64,000 bases of DNA, from the NCBI GenBank assembly GCA_019058295.1, contig JAHPZI010000002.1, positions 92,076 through 156,075 on the forward strand, given 5' to 3'. Source of the stretch: Promethearchaeota archaeon. GTDB taxonomy: Archaea; Asgardarchaeota; Lokiarchaeia; Sigyniarchaeales; SOKP01. The translations under genes and the position numbers were made by a program. The notes beneath the pieces are model-generated. The model searched no databases. It had not been told where the DNA came from and saw only the letters and a list, made by a program, of their open reading frames with translations. Shown here piece after piece: positions 9,817 through 20,086 of this stretch; position 1 is the stretch's first letter, and each line of letters starts with the position of its first letter.

Positions 9817-10251
9817 GTAAAAATTTCAACACTAAAAACTATCTATGAATTCTATTTTGATCGATCTTAAAGATTTTTTGAAATAAATATTAAGGATTTC
9901 GATCAAAAATTGGGAAGTTTTTATACTTTTCGCGACAACTCTTTTAGTATTTTTTTTCCCAAAAAAATTAGTTTTATTTAAAATAGTAACAAATTGTGAT
10001 CTTAAATTCCGATTTTTGCGGTTTTTCAAAAATTAATTTAATAAAAATTATTATATTCGTGAAAAATCTCTCATAAAATGATGAATTCCGTTTTTCGTCA
10101 TAAAAATCGCAGAAAAAATCAAATCTTAAAAATTATTACCGGATCAGTAGAATACGATAAGAATTTTAACCAGAAACATTTATATACTAAAAAATCCTAA
10201 CTTAAAATGGAAACAAAAAAATAAAAAAATAAAAAATTGGAGGAAAAAAAA

Positions 10252-10587
10252 ATGGAAGTAATAGAAAAAATAAAGAAAGAAGGAATTACAGACGAGCAAC
10301 GCACAAAAATATATACTTTATCAACTCATATTAGTAAAGAAACGCGAGAAGAAATTTGTCCAGCACTATATAACACTCTATTAAATACAGAAAAAGGAGC
10401 ATTAAAAAATGAGTTAGGCAGAGTCATATTCCATCTATATAAAAATGACAGTCTTACTACTGTTATAGGACTAGAAAAATTAATAGATGCTTCGTTAATA
10501 GTTGCTCCTGAAGAAATGTTTAAAATTCTTGAAGAATCTGAAGCAGATGCTAAAGAATTGGCAAAGAAAATTAGACAGGTTTTATAG
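10252..10587 (+). CDS. Hypothetical helical protein
   Basis: GGAGG precedes ATG 10252; protein-like composition; no recognised motif. Confidence 0.7.
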   Translation: MEVIEKIKKEGITDEQRTKIYTLSTHISKETREEICPALYNTLLNTEKGALKNELGRVIFHLYKNDSLTTVIGLEKLIDASLIVAPEEMFKILEESEADAKELAKKIRQVL

Positions 10588-10706
10588 ATAATAAAAATTT
10601 TTTTAATTTCTCATTTTATATTTTTGGCTTTTATTAAATAGTAACCTAAAAATTGTTCTAATTCTTTTCTTAATAAAGAATATAACAAGATTTATTAGCT
10701 TTAATT

Positions 10707-11729
10707 TTGTCAAAATTTAAATCTGAGTTAAATGAAATAGATGGAGTTTATCAATTTAAGATTGATACGCCTTTCGACGTGGGATTTGTAACCATTTACT
10801 TATTCGAAATAGATGGTAAAAAGGTTTTCTATGATGCTGGATTAAATATGCGCAATTGGGAAAAATTATTTTTTTCTGCCCTTCAAGATATAAATATTTC
10901 AATTAAAGATATTGATTATTGTATTGTCTCGCATAATCATCTAGACCATACGGGGCTAATCAAGAAATTTAAACGTAGAAATCCTGACATTCAAATTGTA
11001 ATGGGTGAATTAACTCATTCTACTATGAAATGGGAGACAGAAAGTGAAAATTCTGAGGAATTAAAGAACGAAGCTAAGAAAATTGCTAAGGAAATGATTA
11101 AATTCGGGATTAGTGAAGCCCAAGGAAAAAGATTAGTTGAATGGCATACAATGTGGCCAAAGTTAAGGAGATATCATAAACCGGATCTAATTGTACGGGA
11201 TGGTGAGGAGATTTTTTTCAAAACTAATAAATTAAAGATAATTTGGACTCCTGGTCACTCTGTTGGCCACATTTGCGTATTTGATGAAAATAATCGATAC
11301 TTATTTTCAGGAGATCACATTCTTTCCAGAATAACCCCACATATAGGAAATTTTGTTATCAATCCAATGATTAGAAAAGATTACGATTTTGAAAATATCT
11401 TGGATTATTACTTAAAATCATTGGATCGAATTGATAAATTAAATCCAAAAATCATCTTTCCAGCTCATCAAGAAATCATTTATAATCCACATGAGCGTAT
11501 ATTAGAAATTAAAGAACATCACAAAAATAGACTTAATGAAATTTCAAGTTTAATTAAAAATAATCCAATGGTTCCTATCAAAATTTCTCAGATTCACTTT
11601 GGAGAGGATTTGGATGAAATAAACAGTTTTTTAGCATTAAGTGAAGTTTTAGCTCATCTTATTTATTTAGAAAGTCAAGGAAAAGTTAAAAGAATTGAAA
11701 AGAACGGAAAATTCTTCTTTTCTAGCTGA
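10707..11729 (+). CDS. MBL-fold metallo-hydrolase with C-terminal wHTH-like extension
   Basis: SHNHLDH, TPGHSVGH, FSGDHIL and FPAH motifs. Confidence 0.92.
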   Translation: MSKFKSELNEIDGVYQFKIDTPFDVGFVTIYLFEIDGKKVFYDAGLNMRNWEKLFFSALQDINISIKDIDYCIVSHNHLDHTGLIKKFKRRNPDIQIVMGELTHSTMKWETESENSEELKNEAKKIAKEMIKFGISEAQGKRLVEWHTMWPKLRRYHKPDLIVRDGEEIFFKTNKLKIIWTPGHSVGHICVFDENNRYLFSGDHILSRITPHIGNFVINPMIRKDYDFENILDYYLKSLDRIDKLNPKIIFPAHQEIIYNPHERILEIKEHHKNRLNEISSLIKNNPMVPIKISQIHFGEDLDEINSFLALSEVLAHLIYLESQGKVKRIEKNGKFFFSS

Positions 11730-11775
11730 ATAATTATCTTATTATTATAAACAACAAGTAAAATAAGCTTAAACT

Positions 11776-12237
11776 TTATTGAAATTGATGATTGTTAGGT
11801 GAAGGAGTTTTGATTGGTTTTAAAACAACGCAAACACGCTCTACGCTCTTTACATCACTCCTACCACGAAAAGTTTCCATTAATGCATCCAATTCGGTAA
11901 TTTCAGGTACATTAACTTTAATTAAAACCCCACATTGACCGGCAAGAAAGTAAACTTCTTCGCATTGAGGTAATAACTGAGTCTCTCTTAATAATTCTTT
12001 TATTTCATTCTCCGATTTTGGTATTACAGTGAGAAAAGCAATTATACAACGTTCTTCTTCTCTGCAGATCTTTATAGTGAACTTCTCAATTACACCATCC
12101 TCTTGCAACCGAACCACTCTTTTTCTTACTGTTGATTCAGACAAGTCTACTTCATCCGCAATTTCACGATATGGTCTTCTTGCATCCTCTATAAGCATTT
12201 CAAGAATGCGTTTGTCTTTTTCGTCCAGATTTTTTAT
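11776..12237 (-). CDS. Lrp/AsnC family transcriptional regulator (start uncertain)
   Basis: HTH (DARRPYREIADEVDLSESTVRKRV) and RAM domain. The in-frame extension IKNLDEKDKRILE lies upstream of the tracked ATG at 12198. Confidence 0.88.
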   Translation of the reverse strand: MKNLDEKDKRILEMLIEDARRPYREIADEVDLSESTVRKRVVRLQEDGVIEKFTIKICREEERCIIAFLTVIPKSENEIKELLRETQLLPQCEEVYFLAGQCGVLIKVNVPEITELDALMETFRGRSDVKSVERVCVVLKPIKTPSPNNHQFQ

Positions 12238-12318
12238 TTTGTTTCATCTCATGGTTGTTTTTTAGTATTTTTAAAAAAATTTTAAATTAAAATTAAAAAA
12301 ATTTTAAAGATTTGATAT

Positions 12319-13293
12319 TTAATAATAATTCTTTGCATAATCTGGGTACTTGTCAAGGAGCGGAGCGAAAAGCCTCTCATACTCCACTGCCATACAATGG
12401 ATTCCACTTGCTTTTGAATTTTTCTTGATCTCTTCTATAAATGGTACAAAGAACTCCACGTTAACTTTATCTAATGCGGCATATTTAGCTGGTTTGTTTC
12501 CTTTGTTATCCTTTTCAGCTTTCTTTAATGCATTTAGAAGCTCCTTTGGAACGCTTACCCCAGGAATATATTTGTCAAAGTACCAAGCAATCCCGTATGA
12601 TTTCATAGGAAAGACGCCCAATAAAATTGGAACATTATATCGAGCTAATTCATTGATGAAATTCTTAGCAACATCAATATCAAAAGCGGTTTGTGTTTGG
12701 ATAAAATCAATTCCTTGCTCAACTTTTCTTCCTACTTTGAGGATTTCTGGTTCCATATATTCTCCTACAGCATTAGGATTAGCAACACACCCATAATTCA
12801 TTTCAATCTTTCCGTCAGTTATCTCATTACCAGAATAATCTGTCCCCTCATCAATCATTTTTTTAAGAAGCTCACAAAATTGAGTACTGTCAAGATCATA
12901 AGAAATACGACCCTGTTTGTTGTCTCCAAGGGCTGTATGATCTCCGGTGAGTACTAATACGTTCTTTAATCCCAATAAGGCTCCACCAAGAACGTCACCA
13001 AAAAGAGCAACTCGATTACGATCTCGGACGGCAACTTGCCAAACTGTTTCGATTTCAGCATCACGTTGTACTACAAAGCTAGGGACTAATGAGCATATGT
13101 AGGCGTCTCCTTGAGGACCATCTGTCACGTTAGCTGCAATGATACGATTGGTTTTCTTCATTTCCTTTGCGGAATGGACGACTTCTTCCATACCATCAGC
13201 CAATATTTTTTTGGGCTCGAGTTCACCTGTAAAAACAAAATGTCCATCTGCAAGTGCTTTGCATAATTTACTATATGCAGGTCGTTTTGCCAT
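12319..13293 (-). CDS. metF: Methylenetetrahydrofolate reductase catalytic subunit (copy 2)
   Basis: FTGELEP, ANVTD, VRDRNR, LTGDH, FIQTQ and GIHCMA motifs. Confidence 0.9.
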   Translation of the reverse strand: MAKRPAYSKLCKALADGHFVFTGELEPKKILADGMEEVVHSAKEMKKTNRIIAANVTDGPQGDAYICSLVPSFVVQRDAEIETVWQVAVRDRNRVALFGDVLGGALLGLKNVLVLTGDHTALGDNKQGRISYDLDSTQFCELLKKMIDEGTDYSGNEITDGKIEMNYGCVANPNAVGEYMEPEILKVGRKVEQGIDFIQTQTAFDIDVAKNFINELARYNVPILLGVFPMKSYGIAWYFDKYIPGVSVPKELLNALKKAEKDNKGNKPAKYAALDKVNVEFFVPFIEEIKKNSKASGIHCMAVEYERLFAPLLDKYPDYAKNYY

Positions 13294-13989
13294 TTATTTC
13301 TTCTCCTCCTTTTCTTCTTTTATGTTTGTGTAATCCTTATTAATTGGGATATAAGCGGGACTAGTAGAAGAACGATAATCACGGGCAGGTCTATATAATG
13401 TAAATAAATCTAACCGATTGAATTTCTTCAAACGCTTATAAATTTCAATCCATGCACAAGGATGAGTATAACCCCCTACTTCACACATACCATCAACAGT
13501 TCCACCACATGGACCATTTTTAAGATGTTTGGCGCATCCTGCTATAGGACAAATACCTCCTGTTTCTCCTAATAGACAACTTCCACAAGTCTCACAATAT
13601 TGAATAAAATAGTTATCACCAGCATTTTGAACACCGCCAAACATACTATTTTGGGCGGGGTAAGTAATGATATTTTCAGCTACTTTGTTTAACATCACAA
13701 CGCCTAAGCCACACGCTAATGAAACGATTGCATCGTACTCTTCTATGAATGGTCTAATCGTGGTGGCAGCAATTCTATCGTCGCATTGTCTTAAAACTGT
13801 AATTGCCCTCCATTTTAAGTCCTTGCCTTCAGTCTTAGCTTTTAATTCTAAAAGCTGTCCAAGTACTTTTGCCTCATTAATAGACCGAGGTGGTTGACAA
13901 CATCCATCGCATCCAGCGATTAAGATTTTGTTATAATCCTTTATCATTTCATATATATCGTTTATATCTTTCTGTTCTGTAATAATCAT
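13294..13989 (-). CDS. metV: MetV (copy 2)
   Basis: GCDGC, RQCD, LACGLG, CETCGSC, GICPIAGCAK..NGPCGG..CEV. Confidence 0.9.
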   Translation of the reverse strand: MIITEQKDINDIYEMIKDYNKILIAGCDGCCQPPRSINEAKVLGQLLELKAKTEGKDLKWRAITVLRQCDDRIAATTIRPFIEEYDAIVSLACGLGVVMLNKVAENIITYPAQNSMFGGVQNAGDNYFIQYCETCGSCLLGETGGICPIAGCAKHLKNGPCGGTVDGMCEVGGYTHPCAWIEIYKRLKKFNRLDLFTLYRPARDYRSSTSPAYIPINKDYTNIKEEKEEKK

Positions 13990-14080
13990 ATTTCATTTCT
14001 CTATTTTTTTTTTTTTCCATTCTTATTTTTATTTGATTAATGTAATTTTGTTTTGATTTTTAAAAAAAGGGATTTACATA

Positions 14081-14962
14081 TTAAATATTTAATTTTTCCA
14101 GTAATTTATTCGGTTTTACACTCCTATTAGTAAGGCCCAGCTTATCTTTCTCTACACCAAACGCGATTGCCATCAATTCCGGCACATATAAAACAGGAAT
14201 GTCGAGTTCTTTGCCAGTTTTTCGAGAAAGTAGTCGTTGTTTTCTATCGTATTGCCCCACACAAGCGGGACATACTCCAACCATTACATCGACTTCTTCT
14301 TCTAGTTCTTTGAGTTCAGTCATTTTGTCCTCGACAAGTTTAAATCCAATTTCCTCTTGAAGGCGCGCACAGAAACCACAGCATTCTAGTTTTCCAGCAA
14401 ATGCAACAGTTTTTGCTCCTAGCGCTTTTATTATCTTATCTATGGTTTCTGGCCGTTCTGGATGATCAAATTGTAAAATTTTACTCGGCCTTATGAGATG
14501 GCACCCATAATGTACTGCCACGTTTAAATCATCTAAAGGATTCATTAAGATCTTTTTAATCTTCTCCAGGTATTCTTCTTGAGAGAACAGTTCTGCAAAA
14601 TGATAGACATTCGAAGTTCCCTTATATTCATAACCTATTTTCTTTAAAACAGTATTTACCCGATCAAAAGCAGCTTTATCTTCTGATAATAACACTTTTG
14701 CAGTTTTTAATGTTTCAAAACAGCCAGAGCAGATTGTTAATATGTCCAGACCTAATTTTTCCCCTAAACAAAGGTTTCTAGCAGCCAATGTCAACCATGT
14801 ATCAATGCTTACAGATTGAGTAGCTACAGGGTCTGGACAGCAGCTTGCACCCTCCATTTCTTTAAATGTAAGTCCTAAATAATTCGAAATCTCTCTAAAA
14901 GCATATTCAAAATGGGGCAATTTCAATGGTATTGTACAACCTAAATATAACGCATACTCCAT
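14081..14962 (-). CDS. hdrB: Heterodisulfide reductase subunit B
   Basis: YLGCTIP, SCCP, CSGC, HYGCH, CCG and CPAC CCG-domain motifs. Confidence 0.93.
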   Translation of the reverse strand: MEYALYLGCTIPLKLPHFEYAFREISNYLGLTFKEMEGASCCPDPVATQSVSIDTWLTLAARNLCLGEKLGLDILTICSGCFETLKTAKVLLSEDKAAFDRVNTVLKKIGYEYKGTSNVYHFAELFSQEEYLEKIKKILMNPLDDLNVAVHYGCHLIRPSKILQFDHPERPETIDKIIKALGAKTVAFAGKLECCGFCARLQEEIGFKLVEDKMTELKELEEEVDVMVGVCPACVGQYDRKQRLLSRKTGKELDIPVLYVPELMAIAFGVEKDKLGLTNRSVKPNKLLEKLNI

Positions 14963-15507
14963 TATTTATCACTCTCCTTATTCTCTGATGCTTTTTTGAT
15001 TAGATTTCCGATTCCTGTTTCATTCATAATTATATCAATCTCTTTTAAATCAGGTGGAACGATTTTGGGCAATCCAAATCTATCTCTACGTCTATCAATA
15101 TTAGTTGCCAATCCTCCTGTATAAGGAACTACATATCCATTATCATATATCGTTTGAATAGTTCCTCGATATTCCTCTGGACAATTTCCTTCTTTTACAG
15201 CTAAGTTTCTCAATAGCGCCAATATAAAAGAATAATCCACACCCTTAGGACATCTTTCCGTACATCTATGACATAGGGAACATGTCCAGATTGCATTGCT
15301 GGAGAGGACTCTGTCTTTTAATCCTAACAGACAAGAAGCAACCACTCTGTGAGGTTGAAGATCAACGTATTCCGTTACAGTACAGCCAGATGAGCACACT
15401 CCACATTGAATACACTTTAGGAGTGATTTTGCTCCTACTTTTTCGCTAATTTCATAGCGAAAATTATAATCTAAATCCTCTGCATTTATAATCTCTTCTT
15501 CTGTCAT
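14962..15507 (-). CDS. hdrC: Heterodisulfide reductase subunit C
   Basis: CIQCGVCSSGC and WTCSLCHRCTERCP, two [4Fe-4S] motifs. Confidence 0.93.
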   Translation of the reverse strand: MTEEEIINAEDLDYNFRYEISEKVGAKSLLKCIQCGVCSSGCTVTEYVDLQPHRVVASCLLGLKDRVLSSNAIWTCSLCHRCTERCPKGVDYSFILALLRNLAVKEGNCPEEYRGTIQTIYDNGYVVPYTGGLATNIDRRRDRFGLPKIVPPDLKEIDIIMNETGIGNLIKKASENKESDK

Positions 15508-15510
15508 TTT

Positions 15511-18500
15511 TTATGCTTCCTCCTTTGCTTTTTTAGGTTTATCGCCTGTCTTACTTAGTGGACCTAATTGTTTTATTTGATTAACAAAGTCTATAACGAC
15601 TTCAGAGAATCGCTTTCCCTCGCTTGCTGACACCCATTCAAGGCGGAAACGATTAGGATCAATCCCTACCTTTCCAAGAATTTCATTTATTTCATTATAT
15701 CTCTGCAATGTGTCGTAATTTCCTTCTAAATAGTGGCAATCTCCAAGATGGCAACCTCCGATTAAAACTCCATCAGCACCTTCCAAAAATGCTTGTAAGA
15801 TATAACTTTTCGGTAGTCTTCCAGAACACATCACTCGAATTGGTCGGATATTGGTGGGATATTGAAATCGACTAACCCCGCATGTATCAGCACCTGCATA
15901 ACTACACCAATTACATAAAAAGGCAACTATACGCGGTCTTTCATCTACAAATTCACCCTTCAGTGCTTCAGAAATCATAGGAGTTATTTGATCATCTGCA
16001 AAATGACTCATCGTAATTGCGCCTGCGGGACATGCAGCAGCACAATCACCACATCCTTTACATAAGAGAGGATTTGATTCAGACACTAATACGTCATTAT
16101 CAAAATTAACTCCAATTGCTCCAAAATTACACACTTCCTCACATTTCTGACATCCAATACATAAAGCTGGATTTACTACAGAAACCAATGGTTCATTCTC
16201 AACAATTCCAGCTGTCAAAGGAATTAAAGCATGAGCAGCAGCACCTCTTCCCTGAGAAATTGAATCTGCGATACCTTTTGGACCATGTGCCGTCCCTGCA
16301 AGATAGATTCCATCAGTTGCAAAATCTACTGGCCTTAGTTTCACATGTGCTTCTAGGAAAAAGCCGTTTTGATCCCTTGGAACTTTAAGTAATTCAGCTA
16401 AAACCTTATTATCGTTTGGCTTTAACGGAGTAGATAATACAACTTTATCAGCTTTAATATTAAGTGTGATCTGTGTTTGGATATCTTTTACTTTAACTTT
16501 AATATCACCATTAGTCAAGTTAACCTCGGGATATTCACTAAACCTAATGTAATTGACATTTTCACGAGCATCCCAATAATAATGTTCTTCATCAGTGCCT
16601 ACTCTAATATCTCTATACATTACAAATATTTTTGAGTTCGGATAATTTTCTTTCACATAAAGCGCATGTCTTATAGATTCAGAACAACAAATCAACGAGC
16701 AATAAGAACATCCCATCTCAGGATCAGTTTGCCTTGATGCCACACAATGGATAAATACCAATGTTTCTCCATCCGTTAATGTATTATCTCTTAGTTTTTC
16801 TGATAATTCTAATTGCGTCATAATGCGAGGATCTTCTCCATAATGATACCACCCTTCTGGTTTATATTCGTTGGCTCCAGTGGCAACAACAATAGCTCCA
16901 ACATTTATATCGGAAACTTTATCATCTGCTTTATTTTTAATTTTGACCTTAAAATCACCAATTGATCCTTTAACATCAATAACTTCAGAATTCAGATAGG
17001 GAATAATATTTTTAATTTCATTGAATTCTTTTAAAGTCTCATTTAAAAATTCCTTAGAATCTATTCTATCAAAATTAATTTTATAGATAAGGTTTAAATT
17101 ACCACCTAGTTTCTCTTCTTTTTCAACTATATGTGTTTTAAATCCTTTTTTGGCTATTTCCATTGCTGCATTCATCCCTGCAACACCTCCTCCAATAACA
17201 AGAGCTTCTGGAACGACATCACCTTTGATTTTAAACTCCGTTTTTAGGAATCGCGAACGAGCAACCCCCATACGGATTAAGTCCTTCGCTTTATCTGTCG
17301 CTTTATCACGATCTTTCATATGAACCCATGAATCTAACTCTCGAATACTCACGAAATTAAAAAGATATTCATTTAAACCAGCTTCTCGAATAGTTTTTTG
17401 AAATAATGGCTCATGTGTTCTTGGAGTACATGCTGCAACTACAACTCGATTTAGATTTAATTCCTCAATTTTCTCCTTAATAATATCTTGCGTTAAGCTT
17501 GAACAACTATATTTATTATCCATAGAAAATACTACATTAGGGAGTGATTTAGAATACTCTACTAACTCAGGTACATCGATGTAGCCACCAATATTAATAC
17601 CACAATGACAAATAAAAACTCCTACGCGGGGCTCTTCCCCTTCGCGCACTACTCTTAAGGGAGGTAATTCCACTCTTTGTTCTTCTTCTGTGAGCGGAAC
17701 GGCATGTAATGCAGCTAAAGCAGCGGCTCCACTTGCTTTTGAGACAGAATTTGCAATATCATCAGGAGATTGACAAGAACCAGTCACATATACACCTTCG
17801 CGAGTTGACTGTAAGTCTTCAATAGAATTCTTTGTTTTGAAAAATCCTAGTTCATTTAATTCAATTCCTAATATTTTAGCAAAATCTTCAGTTCCCTTTC
17901 TAGGTATAACCGCATTTGCTAAAACAACTAAATCAAACTTAGCAGTCTCGACCTCGCCCGTATCTAAATTTGCGTGTTTCACTAACAAATCGTGAGTTTC
18001 GGGATCTTCACGAATATCTCCTGGAATTCCATGAAAGTATTTTAATTTATATTCATTTTTAGCTCGCTCAATAAATTCTTCTTGATTTTTTCCTATCACA
18101 CGAGTATCGTTGAAAAAAATGGTTACATTTGTATCAGAAGCGTGTTCTCTCGTGACGACTCCTTCTTTAGCCATGTACATACAACAAAATTTAGAGCAAT
18201 AAGCACATAATGATTCGTTTCTAGAACCTACACATCCAATAAACGCAATATTTTGAGCATGTTTTTTATCAGAAGGACGTAAAAGTTCACCTCCGGTAGG
18301 ACCTGATGCACTAAGAAGCCTTTCATATTGCATTGCAGTAACAATGTTAGGGTATTCCCCGTAATGATAACGTGAAAGGACTGAAGGATCTAATAGATCA
18401 ATACCAGTAGCCACAATTATAGAGGCAACATTATACTCGACTACCTCGTCTTTCATCTCAAAATCTATAGCATCAGCCTCACATTCTTCTAAGCATAGTT

Positions 18501-18993
18501 TACAAGCACCTTTAGTTAAAAATAGGCATTTTTCAGCATCGATCGTAGCTTTTCTTGGAACAGCTTGAGGGAATGGAATGTAAATAGCTTGACGCATACC
18601 AATCCCCTCTTCAAACTCATTAGGTATCTTTTTCATTGGACATTTTTCTGAACATGCCCCACACCCCGTACATTTATTAATATCGACGTATCGAGATTTC
18701 TTTAAAATTTTCACCTTAAAATCTCCGACTTCTCCAGCAATATCTTGAACTTCTGAATAAGTTAATAATTCAATGTTAGGATGCCGAGCGACTTCGACCA
18801 TTTTTGGAGCTAGGATACAAATACTACAATCTAAAGTCGGAAATGTTTTATCTAATTGTGCCATTCGGCCACCTACAGATGGAGATCTCTCAACTAATAT
18901 GACTCGATATCCTTGTTCCCCTAAGCTAAGACTTGCTTCAATTCCTGAAATACCAGCACCGATAACTAAAATTGAACTTAATTCTTTAGTCAT
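15511..18993 (-). CDS. hdrA: Large HdrA (two FAD modules) fused to C-terminal MvhD
   Basis: Two GxGxxG FAD motifs (GAGISG, GGGVAG), LDKTFPTLDC, two ferredoxin inserts, GVFICHCG..AACTPRTHEPLF, and C-terminal MvhD (FLCNWCSYAGAD..RVMCSGR..GCHLGDCHY). Confidence 0.93.
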   Translation of the reverse strand: MTKELSSILVIGAGISGIEASLSLGEQGYRVILVERSPSVGGRMAQLDKTFPTLDCSICILAPKMVEVARHPNIELLTYSEVQDIAGEVGDFKVKILKKSRYVDINKCTGCGACSEKCPMKKIPNEFEEGIGMRQAIYIPFPQAVPRKATIDAEKCLFLTKGACKLCLEECEADAIDFEMKDEVVEYNVASIIVATGIDLLDPSVLSRYHYGEYPNIVTAMQYERLLSASGPTGGELLRPSDKKHAQNIAFIGCVGSRNESLCAYCSKFCCMYMAKEGVVTREHASDTNVTIFFNDTRVIGKNQEEFIERAKNEYKLKYFHGIPGDIREDPETHDLLVKHANLDTGEVETAKFDLVVLANAVIPRKGTEDFAKILGIELNELGFFKTKNSIEDLQSTREGVYVTGSCQSPDDIANSVSKASGAAALAALHAVPLTEEEQRVELPPLRVVREGEEPRVGVFICHCGINIGGYIDVPELVEYSKSLPNVVFSMDNKYSCSSLTQDIIKEKIEELNLNRVVVAACTPRTHEPLFQKTIREAGLNEYLFNFVSIRELDSWVHMKDRDKATDKAKDLIRMGVARSRFLKTEFKIKGDVVPEALVIGGGVAGMNAAMEIAKKGFKTHIVEKEEKLGGNLNLIYKINFDRIDSKEFLNETLKEFNEIKNIIPYLNSEVIDVKGSIGDFKVKIKNKADDKVSDINVGAIVVATGANEYKPEGWYHYGEDPRIMTQLELSEKLRDNTLTDGETLVFIHCVASRQTDPEMGCSYCSLICCSESIRHALYVKENYPNSKIFVMYRDIRVGTDEEHYYWDARENVNYIRFSEYPEVNLTNGDIKVKVKDIQTQITLNIKADKVVLSTPLKPNDNKVLAELLKVPRDQNGFFLEAHVKLRPVDFATDGIYLAGTAHGPKGIADSISQGRGAAAHALIPLTAGIVENEPLVSVVNPALCIGCQKCEEVCNFGAIGVNFDNDVLVSESNPLLCKGCGDCAAACPAGAITMSHFADDQITPMISEALKGEFVDERPRIVAFLCNWCSYAGADTCGVSRFQYPTNIRPIRVMCSGRLPKSYILQAFLEGADGVLIGGCHLGDCHYLEGNYDTLQRYNEINEILGKVGIDPNRFRLEWVSASEGKRFSEVVIDFVNQIKQLGPLSKTGDKPKKAKEEA

Positions 18994-19416
18994 ATTTTCT
19001 CAATTTTTTAATTTTTTAATTTTTATACGAAAAAAGTTTGGAATCGACTTTTATTTTTTTACTATTTACTATAACAATCAAAATCATTAATAAATATTAT
19101 TCAAAATGATTTTTTTTCGCAATAATGTATTAATTTTTAAATAAAAATGTAAATCTTCGATCAAAAAATTCCAAGAAAATTACGAAAAATAATACTTTTT
19201 TATCTCTAATTGTTAATTGACGAAAATGACAAAAAAATTACAATTTGAATTATTATCTGACTATTTTTAATAACATTTTGTTTTCTATTTGACTTTTTAC
19301 TGAAAAATCGACTTATGCTTATATAAGAAAGATTAAAAATATGTAGTTTAATAATATATTAAAAAGAAAAAACAAAATTATTATTGAGTAACAATGATTT
19401 TTGGTGATCTTAGCAG

Positions 19417-20073
19417 TTGAAAGTGGTTGTTTCAGGTGCCTCTCAATGTGGAAAATCGGATTATATTAAATTCTTTGATAAAGATTCTATGAACGTACAT
19501 GTAAAAGGACATACCGTTGCAATGGATGTAGCATATATAAATTTTGAGGGTTTTCAAATCACATTGTTCGGCACGCCTGGTCTTTCAAGATTTAAAATAA
19601 TGAGAAAAATTATTTTAAATGGTGCTGATGGAATTATTTTCATTTTTGATGCTGCTAATCCCAAATCTGATAACGATGCTATATCAGTATTAAATGAAAT
19701 AAAAAATCCAAAGGTTCCAAAAGTTTATTTAGCTAATAAACAAGATTTGAAGGATGCACGTACACCAAAAATGTTGCAAACCCAAATTAAATTACCTAAA
19801 GATTGTAAAATTTTCCCGTCAAGTACAAAGACTGGACAAAATATAAAAGAATCTTTAAAATATTTAGTATCTGAAATCTTTAAAAAATACAAAAAGCTTT
19901 TACAAATTCTCTGCAATTATGAAACTAATATTAGAGGATTAGCAGAGAAAATACACAAGAATAAGGCTCAAATGCGCGAATTTTTATATGCTCTGGAAAT
20001 TAGACGATTCATTAAGATTGATAGGGTTAATAGGGTATATCGAGTTAATGAAGTCTTAAAAAAATTAATTTAA
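19417..20073 (+). CDS. Small GTPase (MglA/ATP_bind_1-like) with C-terminal winged-helix-like extension
   Basis: GASQCGKS, TVAMD, FGTPG, ANKQD and SSTK motifs, then a ~60-aa tail. Confidence 0.85.
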   Translation: MKVVVSGASQCGKSDYIKFFDKDSMNVHVKGHTVAMDVAYINFEGFQITLFGTPGLSRFKIMRKIILNGADGIIFIFDAANPKSDNDAISVLNEIKNPKVPKVYLANKQDLKDARTPKMLQTQIKLPKDCKIFPSSTKTGQNIKESLKYLVSEIFKKYKKLLQILCNYETNIRGLAEKIHKNKAQMREFLYALEIRRFIKIDRVNRVYRVNEVLKKLI

Positions 20074-20086
20074 GTAAAGTTAATTC

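Noticed and set aside
9832-10029. 65-aa ORF in a long intergenic region
   Set aside because: Low-complexity K/N/F/I composition typical of AT-rich non-coding DNA; no motif.
15511-18993. Selenocysteine recoding in HdrA/MvhD, known in some Asgard archaea and methanogens
   Set aside because: The 1160-aa frame has no internal TGA and the MvhD ligands are Cys.
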